Translations under genes and position numbers: made by a program
Shown: positions 29,203 through 38,373 of the stretch, in pieces
How positions within the stretch are numbered: the first letter of the stretch is position 1
Layout: each line of letters begins with the position of its first letter
The notes under the pieces: generated by a model
Told to the model about the DNA's origin: nothing
The model's input: only the letters and a program-made list of their open reading frames with translations
Databases searched by the model: none
Sequence record: MH791409.1
Source: Escherichia phage EcWhh-1
Direction: 5' to 3' (one strand)
DNA length: 64,000 nucleotides

Positions 29203-31413
29203 TTAAGCCGCTTCCACGGCTTTCATGAATTTAACGATTTGAGCTACAGAAGCCTCGGTAATGGATGTTCCACGACGATACATGTAGTCCGAAACTAAAT
29301 GGTAATCAGATTCAAACTGTACAGTCATTTTATCATTGTTACTTGAAGCATTATTGGTTAACGTATTGAACGTGGTGTTACAGATTTTCTTGATAACAGA
29401 AAGTTTGTCATCAGTTATATACCCATGGAAATTCATATAACGGAATATATCATAGAAATTGCTCAGACGAGTATATGCTTCAGACACCGGCTTATCACTG
29501 AAATATTTAGTCATAAAACCAAGCTCAGGGAACTTAGCAATGATTTCAAGATAATACCTTGCACGGGTATTACTACCAATATAATCATCGATATCTACAG
29601 CATCTAATGCTTCGGCATAAGCTTCTAACGTGGTTTCCATCAAGCATTCACATTGGCCCAACTTTTTAATCTTTTTGGCAATCTGAGGGCGAATGATATG
29701 GAATTCGGTAGCACCAATCAAATTAGCCATACGACACATAGTAGTGGTATTGATGTCAAAGATACCATAAGCTTCATCCATTCCCATGATATCAGAACGA
29801 CTACCAAACAATACGTACCCTGTAATTTCTTCTGCTTCTGCAGCAGTTAAGTATAAGGTCTCTTGTTGCCAACGTCCATCTTTAATGAACCAACGATAAG
29901 CACTTGGTGTTTTAGGACGAGGTTCTGATGAACGGACAGTAACCGGAATCCATGGCTTAACAATTTTATTCAGTTCAGAGACTTTATAAAAATGAATAGT
30001 ATCACCTTTAAAAAGTTCTTTAACCTTTTCAAGTTGTTGCATTTGCAGCATTGAATTTGGGTCGACAAAAATAAGGTCAGTTCCATATTTAGGAATATTG
30101 TTCTCTTTAACAATTTTCTTAGCCGAAGCACTGTTGTCCATTGCCAGAGCCCAAAGTCCTCGAACTAATGGCACACGACCCTTTTCATCATCAAAAACAA
30201 TATGGATTTCTTTATTATTAATGCCTAATAAACTACTAAGTCCTGCTACCGAAGAAGTATTACTACTTGGCTTAATTCGTTTCAAACGTGGGTCTGAAAC
30301 GATTTCGTAAACCACACCTAAATTAATAAGGTCGTTTTGAAGTGTGTAACGTTGGTATAATTTCTCATATGTCAATTTTTCTGTAGTAAACAGGCTAGTC
30401 CCACCTTTTTTGGTAAGATAGTCACGAGCACTGTAACCAAGGTTAGAAAGGTCGCGATAAACATGGCGTGGATTATCAGATTCAACCCATTCTTGTGTAT
30501 CGTTTTTAAAGACCACTGCATCCAGTGCTTCGATACGGGTTGCAATATTTTCCATCGTACGTTTATCAAGAGACAACACTTCACGAGACGGAGCAATATC
30601 CAGCGAGCCCATAGGGAACTTAATATAAACTACATCATGGCGAGTACGCATCCATGTGCCTTTATTATAAGCAGAATCCAATGGATAAACAATACCACCA
30701 TAAACTGCATAAAGTCCTGAACGTTCGAAGCTGCCATAATTTGTAGTGGTTACAGGATAGTAGTCTTCAAATTCAGGGAAATAATCAACTTCAACACCGT
30801 CAACATCACCAAGTCCAATGAACGGACGCATGATATATCGAACTTCAGTTTCAAACTTACGGAAATCTTCTTCATCGACAGGAACCGTGATTTCGATACC
30901 TGTTTTATCACCTGGCTGCATAGGTTCTACGAAAGTAGGTTTAATCTGCGGCCCATCACCATCCATATATGCCACATAACCGCGAACTTCACCATTATGC
31001 CATGAGGTAATGTTGAAAGTTTCGGTATAACTGAACGGAGATTTTGAACCAAGGCCAAAGCCACCGATGAAATCGTTAGAAGCGGTTTTGGATGATGCGA
31101 AATAAGAGTTATACAAACCGGTTTCGTTTTCATCGCCACGAATCTGGAAATCACTCATGCCTGGTCCGAAGTCACGGCACACAAAGCGAGGGTCGAGCTT
31201 ACCAGGAACCTGTACTTTCCAACGTTCTTTATTACCATTCAGAATATGAGCATCAATCATGTTGGTAATTAGTTCACGAACTACGGCACGTACCTTATTA
31301 CTATAAAGGTCTGATGAAAGAATTTTAAAGACCTTAGGCGAGGCCTGGATAGTAAATCCTGTGGACTTAGAGCCGTTGCCAATGATTTGTTCTTTTTCGG
31401 TTTCAATAATCAT
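29203..31413 (-). CDS. rIIA: rIIA protein
   Basis: 736-aa ORF immediately upstream of rIIB in the same orientation; ATPase-like N-terminal region. Confidence 0.92.
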   Translation of the reverse strand: MIIETEKEQIIGNGSKSTGFTIQASPKVFKILSSDLYSNKVRAVVRELITNMIDAHILNGNKERWKVQVPGKLDPRFVCRDFGPGMSDFQIRGDENETGLYNSYFASSKTASNDFIGGFGLGSKSPFSYTETFNITSWHNGEVRGYVAYMDGDGPQIKPTFVEPMQPGDKTGIEITVPVDEEDFRKFETEVRYIMRPFIGLGDVDGVEVDYFPEFEDYYPVTTTNYGSFERSGLYAVYGGIVYPLDSAYNKGTWMRTRHDVVYIKFPMGSLDIAPSREVLSLDKRTMENIATRIEALDAVVFKNDTQEWVESDNPRHVYRDLSNLGYSARDYLTKKGGTSLFTTEKLTYEKLYQRYTLQNDLINLGVVYEIVSDPRLKRIKPSSNTSSVAGLSSLLGINNKEIHIVFDDEKGRVPLVRGLWALAMDNSASAKKIVKENNIPKYGTDLIFVDPNSMLQMQQLEKVKELFKGDTIHFYKVSELNKIVKPWIPVTVRSSEPRPKTPSAYRWFIKDGRWQQETLYLTAAEAEEITGYVLFGSRSDIMGMDEAYGIFDINTTTMCRMANLIGATEFHIIRPQIAKKIKKLGQCECLMETTLEAYAEALDAVDIDDYIGSNTRARYYLEIIAKFPELGFMTKYFSDKPVSEAYTRLSNFYDIFRYMNFHGYITDDKLSVIKKICNTTFNTLTNNASSNNDKMTVQFESDYHLVSDYMYRRGTSITEASVAQIVKFMKAVEAA

Positions 31414-31420
31414 ATTTTTC

Positions 31421-31624
31421 TCAATTCAGGTTACGTTTAAAAATATCTGCTACTTCAAGGAGCTCTTCCTTAGTAGCGATGTCGTTGAGTATTTTATATC
31501 TGATTTCTTTAAAGCGTTCTTTAAAATCTTCAGCTGCATTGATATCAAAAAATCTCTGGATTAGCCGGAATTCTTTGTGGACAGCTTTATCAAACAAATC
31601 AATGTTGACTTTAAAGTTTGTCAT
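31421..31624 (-). CDS. hypothetical protein (rIIA.1 position)
   Basis: 67-aa ORF. Confidence 0.45.
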   Translation of the reverse strand: MTNFKVNIDLFDKAVHKEFRLIQRFFDINAAEDFKERFKEIRYKILNDIATKEELLEVADIFKRNLN

Positions 31625-31934
31625 TTTTAACTACCTCATGTTGAACATATTCTCTGGTAGAACCCAGTTCAGCCAGAATTCTTCTCATAGAACCCATTGT
31701 ACTTTTGTGCTCTCTGTGGCGATACAATATCTCTAGAACCTTTTCCTGGACAATAGGAGAGAGCGCCTGGTTATCTTTAATCTTTAAGGCAATAGATTTT
31801 ACAGCCTTGAGATATTCTAGTCCCTTGCCGCTTGTAATCACTACTCCTTCGTCTTTACAATTGCGAATTGCCGTCTCCATAAAAGACAAAGCCAAGTTGT
31901 CAGTGTTCACTATACTATTATCTTGCATAATCAT
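31611..31934 (-). CDS. hypothetical protein
   Basis: 107-aa ORF. Confidence 0.45.
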   Translation of the reverse strand: MIMQDNSIVNTDNLALSFMETAIRNCKDEGVVITSGKGLEYLKAVKSIALKIKDNQALSPIVQEKVLEILYRHREHKSTMGSMRRILAELGSTREYVQHEVVKNDKL

Positions 31935-31980
31935 ATTCTCACCTCTTAGAGAATCGTATCACACTTTTAATCTGTTGTAA

Positions 31981-32006
31981 ACCCCGAAAAGGGCCTTGCG
32001 GCCCTT
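31981..32006 (-). terminator. rho-independent terminator downstream of gene 39
   Basis: Minus-strand AAGGGCC-GCAA-GGCCCUU hairpin followed by UUUCGGGGUUU. Confidence 0.6.
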
Positions 32007-32212
32007 AATTAGTTGCTTGAATCGACTCTATAAACTTGACCACGGGTTTGGTAAACTTCGCCGTCCCATGTTTCAACTGTGATAGTAACGTACTCGGCAA
32101 AAAGAGGACGTGTATCTGTCCAGAGATAACCATATTCACCTGTGACGAGCGTAACCCAGTACTTTCTCATAAAGTCTCCTTTTATACGGTACTCATGTAC
32201 CGTACGTATTTA

Positions 32213-34033
32213 TTATGACATCCAAGCCTTACGCAGCTGTGGGTCGTTTCCAAGGAGCATTTCGAACTGGTCTTTCCAATCTTCAGGTAATTGAACTACA
32301 TCGAATTTAGGGTCTTGAATCATTCGACGGTATTCAGCCTTCTCAAGAGAACCGAGTCCTTTAATATAACGAATAGAATGCTTAGGTAGAGAGTCCTTAG
32401 CTTTGGTATAACTAGGTACATCATAGAACCATTCCTGTTCTTTACCAACCTGAGCAATGATTACAGGAGTCTTACAGAAACGAATTCGTCCCTGTTCAAA
32501 CAATTCCGGCCACTGACTAAAGAAAGCTAATAACGAAGGATAAATCGAACCAGTACCATCCACATCGGCGTCAGTCATGATAGCGATATTACGATAGTTG
32601 GTTTTATCTGCAGGTTCACCAATAACCAGTCCAGTGATTGCACAGATATCAAACAATTCTTTGTTCTTCATGATATCGGCAGCAGTCATACCCCAGGTAT
32701 TCATAACCTTTCCGCGTAACGGATAACCACCTTGGAGGTCTTTATTACGAACTTCAATGAAAGGACCCATTGCAGAATCACCTTCCGTAAGGAATAAAGT
32801 CGTATCAGCATCTTTGCCATACATATTGGCTTTAATATGCTTATGGACCTTGGCTTTCAAAGCTTTCTTAGCAGCTTTTGTTTCGGCAGCCTTTTCAGCA
32901 GCGAGCTTACGTGCTAATGCAGCCTCAATAATAGGCATCAACACAGCTTCATTAGCTAATATGGATTTAGCTAGTTTTTTAGAATCTAACTGAATATGCG
33001 AACGAATTTCACCATACGGCGATGTTAGACGTTCTTTAGTCTGGGAATCGAATCGCATATTTTTCATGCTTCGCACAAACATCAGCATCGTTAAACATTC
33101 TTTAATACGGGCTTTGGTTACTTCAATTTTAAACTTACGCTTAATTTGTGGGATAAGCTCGTCACAAATATCATCCATAACACATTCAACGTGGTGACCA
33201 CCGTTTTTAGTATGAATATTGTTCACGTACGTTAATTGTCGGAATCCATCAGGAGAGCGTCCTATAGATATCGAACAATTGTCCTGTTCTTGGATAATGC
33301 ACTCTTCGTCGAACTGTTTGGCGTATTTTTTAAACGACCCTTGGATTTTCTTACCATTAAATTTAAATTCAATATCAGGATAAATGACTGCTAAGGTTTG
33401 AAGTCGGTCAATGGTAATATCTTGATAAATTTTTTCAAATTGGTTCATTTCAAAGTGGCTAAAATCAGGTACAAATTCTACTTTGGTTCCATTAGTTTTA
33501 GATGGCTTTGATTTCCAAGAAACGTTTTCAGCGTTATTAGAGCAGTTAACAATAAGTTCAGATTTACCATCAGAAGTTGTGCCTGTAAACATCACAGAGA
33601 ATATATTTGTTAAACTGGAACCGACACCGTTTTGACCACCGGTAACACGTTCAGAGTCATCACCAAAGTTACCGCCTGCCTTGGTTTTTGTCCAAGCCGC
33701 GACGGGTCCTGGGATTTCTTCACCTTCAGGAGTAACCACTAGAGCTTGAGGAATACCACGGCCATTATCTTCTACAGTAACCTTATTAGAACTTAAATCA
33801 ATGCTTACTGAAATTTTGTTGGCAAACTTAAAATTAGTACGAATAGCTTCATCAACTGAGTTATCGATGATTTCATCAACTAATTTAAGAACACCCGCTA
33901 CATACCGTACTTTGGTAAACTCGCCGAAAAGAAATCGTTCATGGTCTTCAAATGATACACTTCCGATGTACATTCCAGGACGCTTAAGAACGTGTTCCTT
34001 ATCTGAAAGCATTTCAATTTTATTATCAATCAT
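32213..34033 (-). CDS. 39: DNA topoisomerase II large subunit gp39 (GyrB-like), full-length single ORF
   Basis: 606-aa ORF with HATPase_c and TOPRIM motifs; about 90 aa longer than T4 gp39, consistent with fusion of the gene 39 and gene 60 coding regions. Confidence 0.93.
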   Translation of the reverse strand: MIDNKIEMLSDKEHVLKRPGMYIGSVSFEDHERFLFGEFTKVRYVAGVLKLVDEIIDNSVDEAIRTNFKFANKISVSIDLSSNKVTVEDNGRGIPQALVVTPEGEEIPGPVAAWTKTKAGGNFGDDSERVTGGQNGVGSSLTNIFSVMFTGTTSDGKSELIVNCSNNAENVSWKSKPSKTNGTKVEFVPDFSHFEMNQFEKIYQDITIDRLQTLAVIYPDIEFKFNGKKIQGSFKKYAKQFDEECIIQEQDNCSISIGRSPDGFRQLTYVNNIHTKNGGHHVECVMDDICDELIPQIKRKFKIEVTKARIKECLTMLMFVRSMKNMRFDSQTKERLTSPYGEIRSHIQLDSKKLAKSILANEAVLMPIIEAALARKLAAEKAAETKAAKKALKAKVHKHIKANMYGKDADTTLFLTEGDSAMGPFIEVRNKDLQGGYPLRGKVMNTWGMTAADIMKNKELFDICAITGLVIGEPADKTNYRNIAIMTDADVDGTGSIYPSLLAFFSQWPELFEQGRIRFCKTPVIIAQVGKEQEWFYDVPSYTKAKDSLPKHSIRYIKGLGSLEKAEYRRMIQDPKFDVVQLPEDWKDQFEMLLGNDPQLRKAWMS

Positions 34034-34703
34034 TATGTTTTCTCTCGAATTGTTTTAAAATATTTTTATAGGACCCTTCAGGAAATCCACGTTTAATACT
34101 TTCTTTCATGAATTTAGCCAGTTTAGGTTTATCTAATTCTAACCATAAATCTTCTAAAGCGGATTCATATTCCCAAACAGGGCTTTTACGATTTTTAAGA
34201 CCGCATTTGATTAAGGCCTCGTCTGTATGTTTCTTACCAAAGAAAGGGTTGTTTTCTTTAGCCATTGCTTTGGAATGTTCAGGGCGTTTAATCCCATACA
34301 TAGGGTTAAGTTCACCTAATTTAAGGCCTGATTGGATTTTTATAGTTTCATGAGAATGATGTTTGTTAAAGAAAGGATTGTTTTCTTTACTAACGTCGGA
34401 GCCGAAAAATCCTTTAGGTGCTGCAGTTGCTCTATTAAAAAATAAATCAGATTTAGCCGCATTATTAAGGACTTGATACTTATACTCCGCTTTAGTAGCT
34501 TCTTCTCTTGTCTCGAATTCTTCAACTATCAAACTATCGAAAAGCTCAGGATGGGCAGCCAATTCAGACTTGTAAATCTCTTGGTACTTTTTAGATTTTA
34601 CGGAGCCGTGGTATCCGTTTAAATGTTTTTCTAGGCTAGTCGAACCTATATAAAATGGAGGTAATTTGTCTCCGGAATAAATCGTCAAGTAAACTATAAA
34701 CAT
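34026..34703 (-). CDS. GIY-YIG homing endonuclease (Seg-like) with NUMOD-type DNA-binding repeats
   Basis: N-terminus IVYLTIYSGDKLPPFYIGST is a GIY-(10)-YIG module; C-terminal repeats NNPFFNKHHSHETIKIQSG and LNPMYGIKRPEHSKAMAKENNPFFGKKHTDEALIKCG resemble NUMOD3 motifs; stop overlaps the gene 39 start by 8 nt. Confidence 0.8.
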   Translation of the reverse strand: MFIVYLTIYSGDKLPPFYIGSTSLEKHLNGYHGSVKSKKYQEIYKSELAAHPELFDSLIVEEFETREEATKAEYKYQVLNNAAKSDLFFNRATAAPKGFFGSDVSKENNPFFNKHHSHETIKIQSGLKLGELNPMYGIKRPEHSKAMAKENNPFFGKKHTDEALIKCGLKNRKSPVWEYESALEDLWLELDKPKLAKFMKESIKRGFPEGSYKNILKQFERKHND

Positions 34704-34775
34704 ACATCCTCCTTTAATTTATGAAGATTATATCATGGCTTTATTGGAGCGTAAACAAAAAAAGGGCCGAAGCCC

Positions 34776-35036
34776 TTATTCGAATCGAATAGTAGAGTTT
34801 TTAAACAGTAATCCTGAGCACACGGTACCCTTAACAGTTTTACCTGTAGGACCTACAGCAATGAATCCTGTACGTTGGAAGTCATCTTCAGAACATCCAA
34901 ACAAGCTATAACCTGTGATTTGGACCTGATCGAACCCGTTTGCATTCAAAACTTTAACAGCATTATCAGCATCAGTACAACCAACCAACGAAACTGCTAG
35001 TACAAGAGCCGCAATAGAACGATTAACATATTTCAT
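34776..35036 (-). CDS. putative small lipoprotein
   Basis: 86-aa ORF with signal peptide and lipobox (LAVSLVGC). Confidence 0.55.
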   Translation of the reverse strand: MKYVNRSIAALVLAVSLVGCTDADNAVKVLNANGFDQVQITGYSLFGCSEDDFQRTGFIAVGPTGKTVKGTVCSGLLFKNSTIRFE

Positions 35037-35042
35037 AATTTC

Positions 35043-35219
35043 TCACTTAGTTAGCAGGTCATAGAACCCGCCGTTAACATGTTTAGGAGCTGAAACTAGC
35101 CGAACAGCCGGCCGATGGCAATCAGGGCAAACATCATTATCTCTTTCAGAGATTTTCTTGATTTTTTCGTATTCTTTTGCACAGTCTTCGGATTGGCATT
35201 TGTAATCATAAAGTGGCAT
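35043..35219 (-). CDS. 58-aa zinc-ribbon protein
   Basis: Translation MPLYDYKCQSEDCAKEYEKIKKISERDNDVCPDCHRPAVRLVSAPKHVNGGFYDLLTK with CxxC...CxxC spacing; below the ORF-track cut-off; read manually. Confidence 0.5.
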   Translation of the reverse strand: MPLYDYKCQSEDCAKEYEKIKKISERDNDVCPDCHRPAVRLVSAPKHVNGGFYDLLTK

Positions 35220-35220
35220 A

Positions 35221-35658
35221 TTATTCCTTAAAGTGCGCTTTCAGCATCTGGTAAACAGTCCAGGCTTCAGAATTATTAGAGATAGTGATTTTAGTCAAAG
35301 GGAAATCACTCGGTTCAGATGGGGCTGCATCTTCAGACTGGTCTTCGTCTTCAGAAAAACCATCTTCGGCCCATTCGTCTTCACTGTCAACTACAACCAT
35401 TTCCGTAAAGAATTTACGCTCGCTTGGATATAAAACCATATCAATGTTATCACCATAAGCCAAGTCCACGTTCATCACATAACCTGCCGCTAATCTAACA
35501 GGGCAAAACCCTTCAGCATTGACAATAATATCGGCTAAGCTAGAATTATCAGGATTCCTAATATTATGGGCATTCAGCTTACGGAATTCAGCTTCTGCAG
35601 CGTCATCTTTAAAATAGTACCATTTACCTTTTTCAAATTCGAGTTCTTGATTAAGCAT
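35221..35658 (-). CDS. hypothetical protein with acidic C-terminal tail; start at internal Met MLNQEL
   Basis: ORF-track frame 35221..35751; Asp/Glu-rich stretch near the C-terminus. Confidence 0.45.
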   Translation of the reverse strand: MLNQELEFEKGKWYYFKDDAAEAEFRKLNAHNIRNPDNSSLADIIVNAEGFCPVRLAAGYVMNVDLAYGDNIDMVLYPSERKFFTEMVVVDSEDEWAEDGFSEDEDQSEDAAPSEPSDFPLTKITISNNSEAWTVYQMLKAHFKE

Positions 35659-35869
35659 TGTAAGTTTCCTTCCAGAAGTCGGTGCCTTCAGCAGTGATTT
35701 CACGGAACACTGCATAGATAGGGTTTTTATCACCTTGATTTTCGTATACATAAACCGACGATAAATGAGAAAACGTATCAGAATGTTCCTTTTGAACCAC
35801 GATTAAATCAGGGTTGAACAGAACATCTTCAAATTCTTCACGAGTCGAGTTCACAGTAACTTTAGCCAT
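35651..35869 (-). CDS. hypothetical protein
   Basis: 72-aa ORF preceded by a conserved early-promoter element. Confidence 0.5.
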   Translation of the reverse strand: MAKVTVNSTREEFEDVLFNPDLIVVQKEHSDTFSHLSSVYVYENQGDKNPIYAVFREITAEGTDFWKETYNA

Positions 35870-35900
35870 TTTATTTTCCTCTCATTTGTTGATAGGGTAA

Positions 35901-35930
35901 ATAGTATCACTACCCTACCGTATTGTATAC
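35901..35930 (-). promoter_or_regulatory. early promoter variant (-35 GTATAC)
   Basis: GTATAC-N18-TACTAT upstream of ORF 35651..35869. Confidence 0.5.
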
Positions 35931-35943
35931 TATTTTTTAAACT

Positions 35944-36510
35944 TTATGCACGGTGAATGTTAGCATATTCAACAATAAAGCTTTCAGGAACAACCTTAAA
36001 GGTTCCAAGGAACACGATGTTATAGAGCTTAACGCCACCTTCAACCCACTGGTCTGTGATGTAACCAGACATGCTACTGGTTTCGTAAGTACCAAAAGGT
36101 TCGTCAACATATTTGAACGGTTTAGGAGTATTAAAACACACTCCTCGACCTAATTTCCATTTGAAATCAACGCCAACATGGGACTGGTCGATAGTTTCAA
36201 CGTCTTGAGCTACTACGCCACGGATATCATTGCTTTCACATACATACCCATCATGGGATTCAACTTCTTCAACTACAGGAGCGATGTACCCGGTAAATTC
36301 AGTCGATTCCAAGAATTTAGCACGCACATAACCGAATTGAGTTTCAGTCTGGCGATTTTTAGGAATGATACGAACTTTTACTTCATAATTTTCTTCACTG
36401 ACACCTTCTTTAAGTTGGATGCTAACAACTTCAACTAAACTGCCCGCAGCTTTTGAACGAGACTTTTTGGATACACGAACGATACTGCCGATATCGGAAA
36501 TAGTAATCAT
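35944..36510 (-). CDS. hypothetical protein, paralogue of 36584..37132
   Basis: 188-aa ORF; C-terminal block GYITDQWVEGGVKLYNIVFLGTFKVVPESFIVEY matches CGWVTDQWIEDGVELLNVVHAGDFSIVPRSAVVN in the neighbour. Confidence 0.55.
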   Translation of the reverse strand: MITISDIGSIVRVSKKSRSKAAGSLVEVVSIQLKEGVSEENYEVKVRIIPKNRQTETQFGYVRAKFLESTEFTGYIAPVVEEVESHDGYVCESNDIRGVVAQDVETIDQSHVGVDFKWKLGRGVCFNTPKPFKYVDEPFGTYETSSMSGYITDQWVEGGVKLYNIVFLGTFKVVPESFIVEYANIHRA

Positions 36511-36552
36511 AATTTTTCTCTCTTGGTTAAAGGTTTATAATCCATGAGAGCC

Positions 36553-36581
36553 ATTATAACATGGCTCTCGATAAAGTAAAC
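36553..36581 (-). promoter_or_regulatory. early promoter with perfect 9-bp inverted repeat flanking the -10
   Basis: GTTTAC-N17-TATAAT; GAGAGCCAT-TATAAC-ATGGCTCTC palindrome at plus 36546-36569. Confidence 0.6.
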
Positions 36582-36583
36582 TA

Positions 36584-37132
36584 TTAATTCAATACGTTAA
36601 CCACTGCACTACGAGGTACTATGCTAAAATCACCAGCATGTACAACGTTCAGGAGTTCAACACCATCTTCAATCCACTGGTCTGTTACCCAACCACAGAT
36701 AGGATTATCAAAAGGACGACGGATAGCCACAGCAGCACACAACAGGTCGGTAGGGCCTTGTTCTTCAACTTCTTGGAACAGGATGAACTCATCTTCATAA
36801 ACCAGGTTTTTCTCTATTTTGTTATTATCTAACCGGCGACCGTGGATGACGTAAGATTTGTCAAACCACTCACTTTTGGCGAATTCTTCAACAATAAATT
36901 CGCCTTCGCCAAAAACATCAGTCAGAGTTTTATAACCAGAAATCAAGGCCTTAGTTTTAATTTCAGGTTCAACCAGTTTGTAGGTTTTGCCGATTTCGAT
37001 AGTCTGAGTAGTCATAGTGGTTTCCTTAATTTCCAGTGGTTTAACAGGGCATACATAAGTGCTTAAAACATCAAAATCAATCAGTTTAGCTGCCGGATTC
37101 GGGGTGTATTTAGGGTTGTAATTAAATTTCAT
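36584..37132 (-). CDS. hypothetical protein, paralogue of 35944..36510
   Basis: 182-aa ORF; shared C-terminal domain. Confidence 0.55.
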   Translation of the reverse strand: MKFNYNPKYTPNPAAKLIDFDVLSTYVCPVKPLEIKETTMTTQTIEIGKTYKLVEPEIKTKALISGYKTLTDVFGEGEFIVEEFAKSEWFDKSYVIHGRRLDNNKIEKNLVYEDEFILFQEVEEQGPTDLLCAAVAIRRPFDNPICGWVTDQWIEDGVELLNVVHAGDFSIVPRSAVVNVLN

Positions 37133-37638
37133 ATTGTTCTCAATTCAATAAAATCTACGAGTTCGGCATAGGATTTGCGGAACATTACTTGGCGGCCACC
37201 AATGACAACCTCATCTTCAGGTATTTCGTAAACAGCAAGATAGAATCCTTTAGAAGATAATTCTTTACGCTCTTCACGAGTGAACCAGCGCATCATATCA
37301 TACTCACTGGCAAAAGCAAAATGGTAGAGGTTAACAAACCAGCCTGGAATATAATCGTCGCAGCCTTCATAATCAGGTCGTTTCCACTTAGTTCTAATGG
37401 TTTTATTAGAATTTTCTACCAGCAACTTATCTTGACTTGGTAGTGGGATATTTTTATTAATGCTATGATGATGTCTAAAAATAGGTCTGTCTAAACCTAC
37501 TTCTAATAACCAGCCTTCACTCCATGAGTCTGTTGTACTTCTATACGGGGTCATTTGGGTACAGAGGTCTCGTCGTATTGTGATAGCGTTTCCATCATCT
37601 AAGATACTGAACGATGACTCAACTCGATAAATTTTCAT
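37129..37638 (-). CDS. hypothetical protein
   Basis: 169-aa ORF with overlapping stop/start to the downstream paralogue. Confidence 0.5.
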   Translation of the reverse strand: MKIYRVESSFSILDDGNAITIRRDLCTQMTPYRSTTDSWSEGWLLEVGLDRPIFRHHHSINKNIPLPSQDKLLVENSNKTIRTKWKRPDYEGCDDYIPGWFVNLYHFAFASEYDMMRWFTREERKELSSKGFYLAVYEIPEDEVVIGGRQVMFRKSYAELVDFIELRTI

Positions 37639-37665
37639 TTTGTTCTCCTCATGTTGATAGGGTAG

Positions 37666-37694
37666 ATAATATCATGTCATGAGGAGAAGTAAAC
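37666..37694 (-). promoter_or_regulatory. early promoter upstream of ORF 37129..37638
   Basis: GTTTAC-N17-TATTAT. Confidence 0.55.
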
Positions 37695-37698
37695 ACTT

Positions 37699-38373
37699 TT
37701 ATCGATTTTTTACACTTAATGGGTCTGGATTCTCAGGAACATCTTCCAGGTTTAAAGCATATCGTTGGGCATATTTCAGCATCAAGATATCCTTAGCACA
37801 GTCATGGATAGAGTCATGGGCTACAAAGCCATTCAATGTTCCGTTAGGCAGAGGGCACATGCTTAATCCACGCGTCAGTGAATAGGCTTCAATGGCCGTG
37901 CGGATATCACGTTGGTTCCAGAATTTAACCGGTTCCAACTTAGTGGTATCGATTTCGTTCTCAGGAACACCTTCAGAACGATAAGCATCGCGAATAAGGT
38001 CCACTAAGATTGGAAAGTCAAAGGACATTCCGCGGCACCACATCTGCGATTTCCATTGGTCCACTTCGTTTTTACGGCAGTATTCCAGGAAATTACCAAT
38101 GCCGATAGAAGTACTCACATCAATTTCGGACGGAGCCAGGTTTTTACGTGCTTCGGGTCCTTGTTCTTTCCACCACTGCAATGTGCTTTTAGAGAACAGA
38201 CGTTTATCGCGTTGAGAAGCCAAATCGAATTTAATACGAAGGCCACGTTGAGTAAGCTCTTCAAACGATTCTACTACCTCTGGATTAGGGTCATAAGCAA
38301 TTACGGCGAGGTCGATAACTGCTGCATTTTGGGTAGTGGCAAAGGTTTCGAAGTCAATAATTATATCTTTCAT
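37699..38373 (-). CDS. dexA: exonuclease A (DnaQ-like 3'-5' exonuclease)
   Basis: 224-aa ORF; N-terminal IIIDFETF motif and C-terminal H..D motif; T4 dexA position next to dda. Confidence 0.85.
   Translation of the reverse strand: MKDIIIDFETFATTQNAAVIDLAVIAYDPNPEVVESFEELTQRGLRIKFDLASQRDKRLFSKSTLQWWKEQGPEARKNLAPSEIDVSTSIGIGNFLEYCRKNEVDQWKSQMWCRGMSFDFPILVDLIRDAYRSEGVPENEIDTTKLEPVKFWNQRDIRTAIEAYSLTRGLSMCPLPNGTLNGFVAHDSIHDCAKDILMLKYAQRYALNLEDVPENPDPLSVKNR

Noticed and set aside
32009-32170. Apparent 54-codon ORF between gene 39 and the terminator.
   Set aside because: On re-reading the sequence the frame from the first ATG stops after 11 codons; only a 39-codon frame from an internal ATG remains, with no support.
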